Source: Bacteriovoracaceae bacterium | Lineage (GTDB): Bacteria > Bdellovibrionota > Bacteriovoracia > Bacteriovoracales > Bacteriovoracaceae | Assembly (NCBI GenBank): GCA_048270185.1 | Contig: JBLWTJ010000003.1 | Location: 224,001 to 288,000, forward strand | DNA: 64,000 bases | Reading direction: 5' to 3' | The notes under the pieces: model-generated | Seen by the model: only the letters and a program-made list of their open reading frames with translations | Databases searched by the model: none | Told to the model about the DNA's origin: nothing | Shown: positions 1-10,343 of the stretch, one piece after another | Numbering within the stretch: the first letter of the stretch is position 1 | How the letters are laid out: every line of letters begins with the position of its first letter | Position numbers and translations under genes: made by a program

Positions 1-807
1 AGCATTAACAAAGGTCATACTAAAACGTGAACCAATACCATCTGAATTATTATAGGCCTTAATATCACCCCCATAGAATTTGAGATATTTTTTTACAACG
101 GGAAGTCCAAAGCCCGAGCCTTCTTCGCCGTGAGTTCCTTCTCGATGTGTCTCATTCGTAAACGAAAACAACCCCTTGATCATACTCTCTGGAATTCCTA
201 TTCCTTGATCAATAATATCCACGTTAATGATAGATGATCGACTTGAAACTTTAATGAATATTTCAGATCCCTCTGGGGAGAATTTAGAAGCATTTGTAAT
301 GAGGTTTGTGAAGACACTATGACTAAGAGATGATGGCTCGGCCATAGCACGAAGATTCGCATAATCTCCTTCAACTCGAATATGTTGATTCTTCTTTTCA
401 AGGCGTTTACGAATTAATTGAATGGCACTTTCAATGCTGTCTTTGACTGAGACAGGCTCGAGCTTCATATTTGATTTACCTGATTCAATAGATTGAATCT
501 TTCGAATATGCTGGATCAGCTCACTCATATTTTCAATCACACCGTTGACGCGTCCTAAATTCTTTAGGATTCCATCCTTGTCCTTCATCTGTAAGATTGA
601 GGAATCACTTAGAAGTGATAAGAGGGTTGTTGAATTTGATAGATCGTGAAAGAGAACCGAGAGTAGGTGTTGTTTTTCTTCGAGCTTTCTTTTGAGGTCG
701 CGATTATCAACTTCTAGCTGCTTGTTTTGAATGACTTGATGGGTAATCAGTATCAAACTGCCTAAAAGCAATACTGTCAAAAAGCCTATTAGATAAATCA
801 CATGCAT
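1..807 (-). CDS. Sensor histidine kinase, runs off the left edge (not in ORF track)
   Basis: Manual translation from ATG 807: MHVIYLIGFLTVLLLGSLILIT (TM), H-box VLFHDLSN, G2 box GEEGSGFGL near the edge; same frame at both ends. Confidence 0.85.
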   Translation of the reverse strand, partial: MHVIYLIGFLTVLLLGSLILITHQVIQNKQLEVDNRDLKRKLEEKQHLLSVLFHDLSNSTTLLSLLSDSSILQMKDKDGILKNLGRVNGVIENMSELIQHIRKIQSIESGKSNMKLEPVSVKDSIESAIQLIRKRLEKKNQHIRVEGDYANLRAMAEPSSLSHSVFTNLITNASKFSPEGSEIFIKVSSRSSIINVDIIDQGIGIPESMIKGLFSFTNETHREGTHGEEGSGFGLPVVKKYLKFYGGDIKAYNNSDGIGSRFSMTFVNA

Positions 808-990
808 CCCTTCGAGTGGTGTAGTTTAGAACCAATTAATTTTGTAGGATTTTATCGATCTTTATCGACATAACCAAGGTAGGCAGAGTAATCTTAACTT
901 AAATTAAGAATGATTTTTGACAATCTCGCAGGGCCTAAAATAGCTGATATCAAATAGACTGATGCCCTCAAATCAAGTAGACTTGCCGTA

Positions 991-2646
991 ATGAAAAGCT
1001 ATCTTAATAAAAAGTTAACGTCCTTAATCGTGACGCAATTTATCCAGTATTGGTACTACTATATTGGTGCCTTTATCTGTCTCTATCTAACTCATAGTAT
1101 TCAAAGTGAGCTACCATTTTTGGCCAAGGATTTAGCAGATCAAATTTCAAAAGGTATCTCAATTCCTGTCGGCCACCTCTTCTTGCTTGCTCTTGGAATT
1201 ATTATTTTTAGAACCTCTTCGCGCTTACTCTTCTTCTACCCAGCAAGGGTTCTTCAAAAAGTTCTACGCTTTGATCTTATGAAGAAATTAGAAGCCGCAG
1301 GGCCTAGTCGCTACAAGGATTATCCTAAGGGACAAATCTTTCAAATAATAGGGGGAGACCTAGAGCACGTTAGGGCCCTCATTGGATTTGCTCTACTTCA
1401 GATTGCCAATATCATTATTGGAATGTCTGTCCTTGTGCCAAAACTTCTAAGTTTTAATAAGGGGATCTTCATTGCCATGTCGCCAATGTTTATTGCCTTC
1501 ATTATTTTTTCAGTAATTGTTTCAACAAATCGAAAGTTCTATCGACTGACACAAGACCTGCAAGGTGATGTGCAAAACTTTATTATTGAAACATATGCTG
1601 GAAAGAAAACAATTAAGAACTTCCATGCGGAAAAAGCATTTGTTCACTTATTCACTGAACGCTCAAAAGAAGAGTTAAAGAATTTCTTTGAAGCAGGAAA
1701 ACGAGTTTCGATTTCGATTCCACTCGTTCCCGCCGGTGTAGGTCTCTCTCTTGTATGGGGAGCCTATATTATTTTTAATGAACAATTAGGAGCTTCATCA
1801 CTTATCTTGTTTTCTGGATTTGTCTTCTTATTCTTAGAGCCAATTATGTTCCTTGCTTGGATTGGGGTGGTCTTTACTCGCTCTGCTGGAGCTTGGGCAA
1901 GAGTTCAAGAATTCGTTGCCGTTCTTGATAAGGAAAGTGAATTAGAAACACTTTTAAAAAGAGAGTACTCACTTAAGAAAAAAGGTGATGGTCTCGAATT
2001 ACAGCTTCCGTATTGGGAGAGTGATATTTTACTTCAAATAGAATTAGGTAAGAAGAATGCCATTGTTGGAAAAACAGGTTGTGGTAAATCTGAGCTACTT
2101 GTTAAGATTGCTCAGCTTTTAAAAGAAAATAAGATGAGTACAAGTTATGTTGCTCAGGATCCATATCTTTATAATGGAAGTATTTTAGAGAATATTACTC
2201 TTGGACAAGAACTCGATGAGGCGGGCCTTGTAAGAGCTTACGAGCTTCTGCAAATTTTTGGACTTGATTACTTAGCTAGAGATCGTGAGAGTTTATTTAA
2301 TCTTGTTGTTGGTGAAAATGGAAAGAGGCTCTCAGGTGGTCAAATTAAACGAGTAGCACTTATTAAGTCACTCCTTTTTGAGAGTGATTTCATTATATGG
2401 GATGATCCTTTCTCATCTGTGGACGTTGTTCTTGAAAGAGATATCTTAAAGAGATTAAATGAAATGAAAATGTTTGAAGGGAGGACTCTTATCCTTTCGA
2501 CACACAGATACACAACTGCACTTCAGTGTGACTTTATAAGCCTTACTTGCGAAAAGGGCGGGCTTCTAGAGACAATGACGGCAAAAAATATGAACGAAAC
2601 TAACGAAGGGGAGATCTATGAGCATTTTAAAAAGCAGCTCCTCTAA
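991..2646 (+). CDS. ABC exporter permease/ATPase, subunit 1 of a heterodimer (MdlA/YheI-like)
   Basis: N-terminal TM helices, Walker A GKTGCGKS, signature LSGGQ, degenerate Walker B IIWDD. Confidence 0.9.
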   Translation: MKSYLNKKLTSLIVTQFIQYWYYYIGAFICLYLTHSIQSELPFLAKDLADQISKGISIPVGHLFLLALGIIIFRTSSRLLFFYPARVLQKVLRFDLMKKLEAAGPSRYKDYPKGQIFQIIGGDLEHVRALIGFALLQIANIIIGMSVLVPKLLSFNKGIFIAMSPMFIAFIIFSVIVSTNRKFYRLTQDLQGDVQNFIIETYAGKKTIKNFHAEKAFVHLFTERSKEELKNFFEAGKRVSISIPLVPAGVGLSLVWGAYIIFNEQLGASSLILFSGFVFLFLEPIMFLAWIGVVFTRSAGAWARVQEFVAVLDKESELETLLKREYSLKKKGDGLELQLPYWESDILLQIELGKKNAIVGKTGCGKSELLVKIAQLLKENKMSTSYVAQDPYLYNGSILENITLGQELDEAGLVRAYELLQIFGLDYLARDRESLFNLVVGENGKRLSGGQIKRVALIKSLLFESDFIIWDDPFSSVDVVLERDILKRLNEMKMFEGRTLILSTHRYTTALQCDFISLTCEKGGLLETMTAKNMNETNEGEIYEHFKKQLL

Positions 2647-4378
2647 ATTCTTATTCTACGAAGGCTCAAGAAAGTATCTCATTGGGATGATTCTTTGTTT
2701 AATTATTTCAAGTGTTCTCGGTGGTGCACTTCCTCAATTTATTGTAAGACTTACTTCAAGTTACGAGAATGAGCCTGTTTATCGCCAGACGCTTTTAATT
2801 TTAACAGTTATCTTCCTCGGTGGTCTTGTTAACCGAGCAGTTTATAACTTAGTTATCAATCACTATGTTGTTGGACTTGTACAATTTGTTCGCACTCACT
2901 GTTATTCAAAGTGGCTCTTAAGTGTTGAAATTCAAACGTCGAAAGAAAATCGCAATGACCGCTACCCTCAAGGTGAAGTACTTGCTCGTATAATGAATGA
3001 TACAGAAAGCTTAAGAGAACTTGTCACTTCGGGAACATTTGGAATCATTATTGATATCTTCTTTGTTCTTGCTTCTTTGGTGAGCTTCTTTAGTTTTAAT
3101 ATTCTAGCGGGATCATACTTGGCCGTTCTTCAGATTGGGGCCTGTTTACTTCTTATCTGGTGCTCAAAGTATATGCGTGCTGTTTTCTTAAGTGTTAGAA
3201 ATTCACGAGCGAAGCTCTACCGTGTTGTCGCAGATCTCATTGGTGGAGTGAGAGAAAATTATTACAACCCAACTAGTCAGTATACTTCTAAGAAATCACT
3301 TGTGGTCTTTGATGAGTTCTTAAAGAAAATCCTTTCATCAAATGTTTGGGATGCATCTTATTATTCATTCGCTGAATCACTATTTCCGGTCTTTCTTGCA
3401 TGTGCAATCTTCATCATTCCAAATAGTGGGATTACACAGATTGCACTGATCTTTGCTTTCATTGATTTAATTCAACGCTCGATTGGGCCAATTAAAGATG
3501 TTTCATCTAAAGTTGCTAATATTCAAAGAGCGGCCACTGGGATTGGCCGTATTGACGAGTTCTTAACTGATCTTGATAAAGACCAAGCAACAGATGCTGA
3601 TGCAGTTAGAAGAAGTTATGATGTTAAGACGATTCATATTGATATTGAGAAGTTCACATATCCAGCAAAGAGTGAAAACTCAACACCATTTGTTCTTGAA
3701 GGAATCGATTTTGAATGTAAGCAAGGTGATCTCATTGGGATTGTAGGACTATCTGGAAGTGGAAAGTCGACGCTTCTTAATATCTTGGCCGCCAATATTA
3801 TTCCTGATGTTGGAAAGGTTAGTGTCGAAAATCACGACGGAGCTAAGAAAGAATATGATTTTAAATTCATCGAAGACTTTAATGAATACCGAGAGCTCAT
3901 TGGAATTGTTTCTCAAGATTCACATATCTTTTCTGAGTCTGTTGAATTCAATATAACATTAGGACAAGCTGGCTTTGGAAATTTTGAAAGTTTCTGGCAT
4001 GAAGTTTGTACAAAGATTCCATATCTCAATCGCTGGGGAATAGGTCCAGATACTGTACTTGATCAAAATGAAATTTCACTAGGGCAGAAGCAGTTAATCT
4101 CGGCCATTCGATCGTGCTACCTAAAAAAACCAATTGTTCTCTTTGATGAAATCTCTTCATCCCTTGATAGCGACCTTGAAGAGGCCCTTCGCAGCATGAT
4201 TCTCTTTGTGCAAAAACAGGCCTTAACAATGATTGTTGCTCATCGAGTTGAAACGATACTTGATGCTCAGCAGATCCTTGTTATGGAAGGTGGCCGTATT
4301 GTGGCCAAAGGAATTCATCAAGAGCTCATGGAGAAATCTAGTGAATATGAACTTTTTGTTAAACAATTATCGAATTGA
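2618..4378 (+). CDS. ABC exporter permease/ATPase, subunit 2 (MdlB/YheH-like)
   Basis: TM domain, GLSGSGKS, ISLGQKQ, VLFDE, AHR; overlaps the upstream ABC gene. Confidence 0.9.
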   Translation: MSILKSSSSKFLFYEGSRKYLIGMILCLIISSVLGGALPQFIVRLTSSYENEPVYRQTLLILTVIFLGGLVNRAVYNLVINHYVVGLVQFVRTHCYSKWLLSVEIQTSKENRNDRYPQGEVLARIMNDTESLRELVTSGTFGIIIDIFFVLASLVSFFSFNILAGSYLAVLQIGACLLLIWCSKYMRAVFLSVRNSRAKLYRVVADLIGGVRENYYNPTSQYTSKKSLVVFDEFLKKILSSNVWDASYYSFAESLFPVFLACAIFIIPNSGITQIALIFAFIDLIQRSIGPIKDVSSKVANIQRAATGIGRIDEFLTDLDKDQATDADAVRRSYDVKTIHIDIEKFTYPAKSENSTPFVLEGIDFECKQGDLIGIVGLSGSGKSTLLNILAANIIPDVGKVSVENHDGAKKEYDFKFIEDFNEYRELIGIVSQDSHIFSESVEFNITLGQAGFGNFESFWHEVCTKIPYLNRWGIGPDTVLDQNEISLGQKQLISAIRSCYLKKPIVLFDEISSSLDSDLEEALRSMILFVQKQALTMIVAHRVETILDAQQILVMEGGRIVAKGIHQELMEKSSEYELFVKQLSN

Positions 4379-4457
4379 CAAAAAAATGACGATTCACTTA
4401 ATGCATTATTTATTTTTTTTACATATAATTAGTTTAAATTGATGTAAGGAGAATATC

Positions 4458-5504
4458 ATGTTTAAGAAATCCAAGATTGCTCTTGGCCTTGTTGTTATTT
4501 CTGCAATGGGACTAATTGCATGTTCAAGCGATGTAAATTCAAAACCAAACTTTCTATTTAAGAAAGCACCAAATGCAACATCTGTAATTAAGTTTAATGG
4601 TAAAGAAGTAAGTTATGACGAACTTTATAAAGGTTCAGAAGCTGAGTTATATGAAGTACAAATGAAATTGTATGAACTAAAGCTTGGAAAGGTTAAGGCC
4701 TATATTCTTGAGCAGTTTAAAAATGAAGACCCGGCCCGCTCTTCAATGACAATGGAACAATTCATTGATGTTGTTATCGCTAAAGATATTAAAATCTCAG
4801 ATGCTGAAGTAGATGCTTTTGCAAAAGAGAGAAAGATTCCTGAGGTAAATCCTCAGTTAAAAGCAAGAATTATTGATTTCTTAAAGAATTCAAAGAAGCG
4901 TGATGCCATCGAAGCTTACCTTGCTAAGAAGACTAAGAATAATCCTGTTGAGATCTATTTAGAGAAGCCTGCGCGTCCAAGAATTGATATTCCTGTCACT
5001 GGTACTGAGCCAAGCTTTGGTGGTAAAGATGTTGCAGTAACAATTGTTGAATTCTCTGACTTTCAGTGTCCATACTGTGCAAAGGGTGTTGAAATTATGA
5101 ATCAGATCAAGAAAACTTACGGAAATAAAGTTAAGATCGTTTTCAAAAACTTCCCACTTAGTTTTCACAAAGACGCTGCTAAAGCTGCAGAAGCTGCACT
5201 TTGTGCAAATGAACAGAGTAGTGATAAATTTTGGAAACTTCACGATGCGATGTTTGCTGACCAATCTGGTCTGGCAATCGATGGGCTAAAAGCAAAAGCT
5301 GGAAAAGTTGGACTTGATCAGAAGAAATTTGATGAGTGTCTGGACTCAGGAAAAATGAAAGCTGCCGTTGATGGAACTGTTAAAGAAGGAATGGATGTGG
5401 GTGTAAAATCAACTCCAACTTTCTATGTTAATGGAATGCTAATTAATGGAGCTCAACCATTTGAAATCTTTAAAGAACTAATTGATTCTGAATTAGCGAA
5501 GTAA
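4458..5504 (+). CDS. DsbA-family thioredoxin-fold lipoprotein
   Basis: Lipobox LIAC, FSDFQCPYC, GVKSTPTFYVNG; SD AAGGAG. Confidence 0.9.
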   Translation: MFKKSKIALGLVVISAMGLIACSSDVNSKPNFLFKKAPNATSVIKFNGKEVSYDELYKGSEAELYEVQMKLYELKLGKVKAYILEQFKNEDPARSSMTMEQFIDVVIAKDIKISDAEVDAFAKERKIPEVNPQLKARIIDFLKNSKKRDAIEAYLAKKTKNNPVEIYLEKPARPRIDIPVTGTEPSFGGKDVAVTIVEFSDFQCPYCAKGVEIMNQIKKTYGNKVKIVFKNFPLSFHKDAAKAAEAALCANEQSSDKFWKLHDAMFADQSGLAIDGLKAKAGKVGLDQKKFDECLDSGKMKAAVDGTVKEGMDVGVKSTPTFYVNGMLINGAQPFEIFKELIDSELAK

Positions 5505-5537
5505 TTTAGTCATATATTTAAATTGACCATATAAACG

Positions 5538-5566
5538 AAGGCCGGGCATTTATTCCCGGCCTTTTT
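5538..5566 (+). terminator. Intrinsic terminator after DsbA gene
   Basis: AAGGCCGGG-loop-CCCGGCCTT followed by T tract. Confidence 0.85.
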
Positions 5567-5626
5567 AAATTCTGCATAATTGATAGAATAGAGGTGGTAT
5601 ATAACGCCTTGACGTGGAAGAATTAT

Positions 5627-7597
5627 ATGGAAATTAAAGATTATTCAAAGAGATTGGCAGATCATCGAAACAATTTTAACCGCATGGCCGAAGAGCAGCG
5701 TGAGAATTATAACCGTGAAATCGATGAACTAAAAGATACACAGGCCTATCGTTTAAATAAACAAAGAAAGTCATACGATAATTCCCTTAATAAATTAGAA
5801 GAAAAGCAAGATACATTTCGTGAAGTTGCAACACAAGATACAAAGAAGCGAGTGGAGTCTTTACAAAAAGACTTTATGAAGAAACTTGGAAGTAATAAGA
5901 GTGAGTTCGAGCGCGATCGAAAAGATTATCAAGACAAGTTCAACAATCGTTTTCAAGATATTCGTCAAGCTTATGAGGCCAAAGATCTGGCCAAAGAAAA
6001 TCAAATGAGTAATCGTATTGGTTCTCAGCAAAGACGCTATAGTGAAACTATTGATAAGATGAATGATCACTTCAATGACACGATTGATAAGGTCTATGCA
6101 AATTCACGTGAAACAGCTCACGATCATGAATTAAATACGAAGAATGATCGTCGCGCACTTATTGATCGCTATGAAAGTGAGATCCGTGACAATTTGAAAG
6201 AGTCAGGGGAGAAGCGTGCTAAAATCTATGAGCGCTTTAGCGAAGATGTAAATAATTTAAGAAATACTCATAAAGATCGTGAAAACTCATTAAAAGATTA
6301 TCAAAATGAGCGTATCAAAGATATGACGGCCCAAAAAGATGAGCAATTAGCACAGAATCAAAAGAGTTTTAAAAACTCAATTGATGATATCAATGATCGT
6401 AATTCAAGAAAGCAAATGGTCATTCAAAGGGATTCAAAGCAAATGGCCAAGGATCTCGAAAATCGTCATGCTAAAGAACTATATCGTGCTCGTCGCGAAA
6501 TGAATCAAAAGCTTTCGGGTGGAAGCCGTGAAGATATTTTCAATGATAAGCTTGAGCAAACAGAAAGAGGCTATGAGACGCGAATTAAAAATATTCGTGA
6601 TCAAATTGACTTAGACCGTTTCAATGCTGATGTTCAAGAGCGACGTCGAAATCAGTCAACTAAAGAAGCTCTACGACACCAAAAGCAAAGATCATCTGAG
6701 TATATTGCAGATCTTGAAAAAGATATGGCGCAATTTAAAAAAGATAAGCTTAGTGAAATCAATATTGAAGTTAACCGTGATGTTGAAGAGCTTCAGGATA
6801 ATTTTAAGCGACAAGTAAGAGAAAAAGAAGTTGAAGCATATAATGATAAGAATCACTCAAAGAATATTTTAGAAAAGCAGAGAAAGCAATTTGGTGAAAC
6901 TCTACAAAAAATGAGTGATAAGAACTCAGAAGCAGTTTCTCAAATGCAAGAAGACTTTGCTGATGAGTCAAAAGAGTTTATTCAAAAGACTCATTTAGAT
7001 CATTCAAAAGAGATGCAAGAAGCCAAAGAGCACTTCATTGAAAATAAAGCAAAACTTACTCAATCTTTAACGCAAAAGATTGAACTCTTAGAAGAGAATA
7101 ATGACAAGTTAATTTCTTCTTATGAAGCTAAGCTTAGTCGTTTAAAGAAGGCCAATGCAAAAGAGATTGAAAGAATTAGAATGAATCATCATATGCAATC
7201 TGAGCATTTGAAGGAAGAAACGAAGAATGTGATTGCCCTTAAAGATAGGGAAAACCAAAGTACTATTGCTCAACTGAGAGGAGATTTTGACAAGCGTCTA
7301 TCTCAAGTTAAACAAAGAGCAGACATTCAGGTAAAAAGAATGGTAGAGTACTATGAAGATAACTTAGCACGTGAGCGTGATGAGTCTCAAAGAAAGTATA
7401 TTAGTAAAGTGACAGAACTTGAAAATCAATACAATACTCTTTATGAGAACTCAAAGCTTGAGCGTTCGAACCTTATTAACCAATATGAGAATCGTATTGA
7501 AGAAGTTCGTGCTGCAAATGCTGAGGCGCTGGAAGAGAGAGCTCGTGATATCAAAACAGGAATGTTTAAAGAGCAACAAGATTCTCGAAAAGCTTAA
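5627..7597 (+). CDS. Long charged coiled-coil protein, paralog of 33184..35115
   Basis: K/E/R/Q/D-rich, no Pro/Cys, no TM; ATG 5627 (MEIKDY) preferred over GTG 5594 because it aligns with the paralog start. Confidence 0.8.
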   Translation: MEIKDYSKRLADHRNNFNRMAEEQRENYNREIDELKDTQAYRLNKQRKSYDNSLNKLEEKQDTFREVATQDTKKRVESLQKDFMKKLGSNKSEFERDRKDYQDKFNNRFQDIRQAYEAKDLAKENQMSNRIGSQQRRYSETIDKMNDHFNDTIDKVYANSRETAHDHELNTKNDRRALIDRYESEIRDNLKESGEKRAKIYERFSEDVNNLRNTHKDRENSLKDYQNERIKDMTAQKDEQLAQNQKSFKNSIDDINDRNSRKQMVIQRDSKQMAKDLENRHAKELYRARREMNQKLSGGSREDIFNDKLEQTERGYETRIKNIRDQIDLDRFNADVQERRRNQSTKEALRHQKQRSSEYIADLEKDMAQFKKDKLSEINIEVNRDVEELQDNFKRQVREKEVEAYNDKNHSKNILEKQRKQFGETLQKMSDKNSEAVSQMQEDFADESKEFIQKTHLDHSKEMQEAKEHFIENKAKLTQSLTQKIELLEENNDKLISSYEAKLSRLKKANAKEIERIRMNHHMQSEHLKEETKNVIALKDRENQSTIAQLRGDFDKRLSQVKQRADIQVKRMVEYYEDNLARERDESQRKYISKVTELENQYNTLYENSKLERSNLINQYENRIEEVRAANAEALEERARDIKTGMFKEQQDSRKA

Positions 7598-7640
7598 AGT
7601 ATAAAATAAATAAATTATTATATAAATTAAGGGAGAGTTA

Positions 7641-9344
7641 ATGGGAATGGGCAAAGTCCGTCGCGCTAAAATTGTTGCGACTTTAGGTCCGTCATCAAAC
7701 ACTGTTGAAATGATCGAGAAATTGATCTTAGCAGGTGTTAACGTGACTCGAGTTAATATGAGTCATGGTACTCATGAATCTCATGCACAATTAATTTCAA
7801 ATATTCGCCAAGCTTCTAAAAATCTTAAGAGAGAAGTGGCAATTCTAATTGACCTACAAGGTCCAAAAATTAGAACAGATAAATTACCAAATGGATTACA
7901 GCTTAAAAATGGAGATACATGGGTTATTGGCCCATCTTCTAAACAAGCAGATTACCCAGAGTATAAAGATTGTTATATCCCAACGATTTATGAGCAGTTA
8001 GTTGACGATTGTCACGATGGTGCTCGTATCCTCTTTGATGATGGAAAGCTAATTGCAAAAGCAATTGAAAGAGATCGTGATGTTTATAAAATCGAAGTTA
8101 TTGTTGGGGGAGAGCTAAAGTCTAATAAAGGAATCAATCTTCCTGATTGTGAAGTTTCAGCTCCAGCATTTACTGAAAAAGACGAAGCAGACTTAATGTT
8201 TGCTCTAAAGCACAATATTGATTATATCGCGCTATCTTTTGTTCGTAAGAAAGAAGATATCATGACGGTAAAAGCACTTCTTCATAAACTTAAAGTGCGT
8301 GTGCCAATTATTTCTAAAATTGAAAAACCTCAGGCCCTTGATAATATCGATGAAATACTCGATGTAACAGATGTTATTATGGTTGCTCGTGGTGATATGG
8401 GAGTTGAAGTGGGTAACCACCTGGTTCCTTCAATTCAAAAAGAACTGATCCAGAAATGTAATGACCGTATGATTCCTGTTATTACAGCAACGCAGATGCT
8501 TGAGAGTATGACTGATGCACCAACTCCTACAAGAGCTGAGGCCAGTGATGTGGCCAATGCTATTTGGGATGGAACAGATGCGGTAATGCTATCTGGAGAA
8601 TCAGCTTCAGGCTCTTTTCCTGTTGAAGCAGTACAGATGATGAGTGATATTATTTTTGAAGCAGAGAAGACGCCAAAAGAGCGTCCACTGCTAAGAAATA
8701 TCGACCTTTCATCTGTTAATTCTTCTGTTATGGTTGCGGCTTCAATGATTGCAGAAAAGATTGGAGCTAAGAGAATTCTTGCGGCCACAGAAGGCGGAAA
8801 CTCTTGTCGTAAGGTTTCGATGTTTAGACCTAATACTCCTGTTGCTGGAGTTACTCATAATATCAGAACAGCTCGTCGAATCTGTCTTTACTGGGGTGTT
8901 TATCCTTATTTAGTAGAAGAAGAAGTTAAAGATACTGGTTCGTACGTAAAGTATATTGTTAAGCATGCTAAAGATAAGATGGGCCTCTTTAATGGTGATA
9001 AGGTTGTTATCACTTTAGGTGATGGAAAGATCTTTTCGAAAGGATATTCAAACTCTGTTAAGGTGGAGATTGTAAAAGAAGCTCCTCATAAGGATGAAAC
9101 AACAGGTGAACTTGAAGATACTTTTGAAATAGCAGAAGATAAAAAAAAAAGAATCTTACTAGATCATAATGTCTGTGCGACTTGCCAAAATTGTGTTGCG
9201 ATTTGTCCTCACGAGATTTGGACGGCCGATGCAAAGACAAAGCTTACAAAGATCAATCACGAACAGATTTCTTTTTGTACTCTCGATTATGAGTGTGTAA
9301 GAGTTTGTCCTACTGGTGCGATTGAGATAATCGATAAGGCTTAA
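7641..9344 (+). CDS. pyk: Pyruvate kinase with C-terminal ferredoxin domain
   Basis: KIVATLGP, RVNMSHG, DLQGPKIR, MVARGDMG, ATQMLESM, DGTDAVMLSGES; C-terminal CATCQNCVAICP and CTLDYECVRVCP. Confidence 0.95.
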   Translation: MGMGKVRRAKIVATLGPSSNTVEMIEKLILAGVNVTRVNMSHGTHESHAQLISNIRQASKNLKREVAILIDLQGPKIRTDKLPNGLQLKNGDTWVIGPSSKQADYPEYKDCYIPTIYEQLVDDCHDGARILFDDGKLIAKAIERDRDVYKIEVIVGGELKSNKGINLPDCEVSAPAFTEKDEADLMFALKHNIDYIALSFVRKKEDIMTVKALLHKLKVRVPIISKIEKPQALDNIDEILDVTDVIMVARGDMGVEVGNHLVPSIQKELIQKCNDRMIPVITATQMLESMTDAPTPTRAEASDVANAIWDGTDAVMLSGESASGSFPVEAVQMMSDIIFEAEKTPKERPLLRNIDLSSVNSSVMVAASMIAEKIGAKRILAATEGGNSCRKVSMFRPNTPVAGVTHNIRTARRICLYWGVYPYLVEEEVKDTGSYVKYIVKHAKDKMGLFNGDKVVITLGDGKIFSKGYSNSVKVEIVKEAPHKDETTGELEDTFEIAEDKKKRILLDHNVCATCQNCVAICPHEIWTADAKTKLTKINHEQISFCTLDYECVRVCPTGAIEIIDKA

Positions 9345-9350
9345 TGGCCC

Positions 9351-10343
9351 ATGATTAGAAAAGACGATATTCAAAAAATTCTTAAAGGCCAGGGCCTTGA
9401 GGTTTGGGGTGTCGTCAAGGAATCCAAACCCAAATCAATTAGTAATTTTAAAGCATGGCTAAAAGACGGTCTCTATGGAGCTTTAGGCTATCTTGCGGAT
9501 GATCGTGCTGTTAAAAGAGAAGACTTAAAGAATTACTATCCTGATATCAAATCTACTTTAGTTATTGCATTTGATTATTCTCATATTGCTCGAAGTGCAA
9601 AGAAATTCTATGCCAGTGGTGAATCCAACGGCCTAAAGATTGCTAATTATGTCGTTGGTTTTAAGGGACGTGATTATCACTATGAAGTAAGAGATAAGTT
9701 GCAACGTATTGGGGAGGCCCTAAAAGAGTTAGACCCAAGCCTTGAGTTTAAATTCTCTCTTGATACGCAGCCTATTTTGGAGCGTGACTTTGCTTATCAG
9801 TCAGGCCTTGGTTGGTATGGCAAGAATTCCATGCTCATTAATCGCCACATTGGAAGCTACTTTATCATCGGGTCTTTGTTACTTAATAAAGAAATCCAAG
9901 CACCAAATGAAATATTTGAAACAGATCACTGCGGTCAATGTACTCGTTGCGCAGACGCTTGTCCGACTGATGCTATTGATTTAGAGAAACGAACAATTAT
10001 TGCAGATAAATGTATTTCTACTTTTACCATTGAACATTTTAAAGATATTGAGGCCCCTAAAGGTTTTGAAAAGGCAAATGGTGAAATCTTTGGTTGTGAT
10101 ATTTGCCAGGATGTTTGTCCCTGGAATGCAAGACTTGAGAGGAAGCTTGAAGCCGACGGCCTTGCTTTTAAAGAAAATGGAAAGCAATTTATCGACTTCT
10201 ATCTGATGCGGCCAATTGAAAAGATCATTAGTGATCTCGAAGAAATGAGTAATCGAGAGTATCGCCGAATTTTTAAAGGCACGCCACTTGAGCGAACAGG
10301 TCGTGTGGGAATGCTTAAAAATCTTAAAGCGACTTTAGAGTAA
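9351..10343 (+). CDS. queG: tRNA epoxyqueuosine(34) reductase
   Basis: GRDYH, GLGWYGKNSMLI, CGQCTRCADACPT, FGCDICQDVCPWN. Confidence 0.93.
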   Translation: MIRKDDIQKILKGQGLEVWGVVKESKPKSISNFKAWLKDGLYGALGYLADDRAVKREDLKNYYPDIKSTLVIAFDYSHIARSAKKFYASGESNGLKIANYVVGFKGRDYHYEVRDKLQRIGEALKELDPSLEFKFSLDTQPILERDFAYQSGLGWYGKNSMLINRHIGSYFIIGSLLLNKEIQAPNEIFETDHCGQCTRCADACPTDAIDLEKRTIIADKCISTFTIEHFKDIEAPKGFEKANGEIFGCDICQDVCPWNARLERKLEADGLAFKENGKQFIDFYLMRPIEKIISDLEEMSNREYRRIFKGTPLERTGRVGMLKNLKATLE

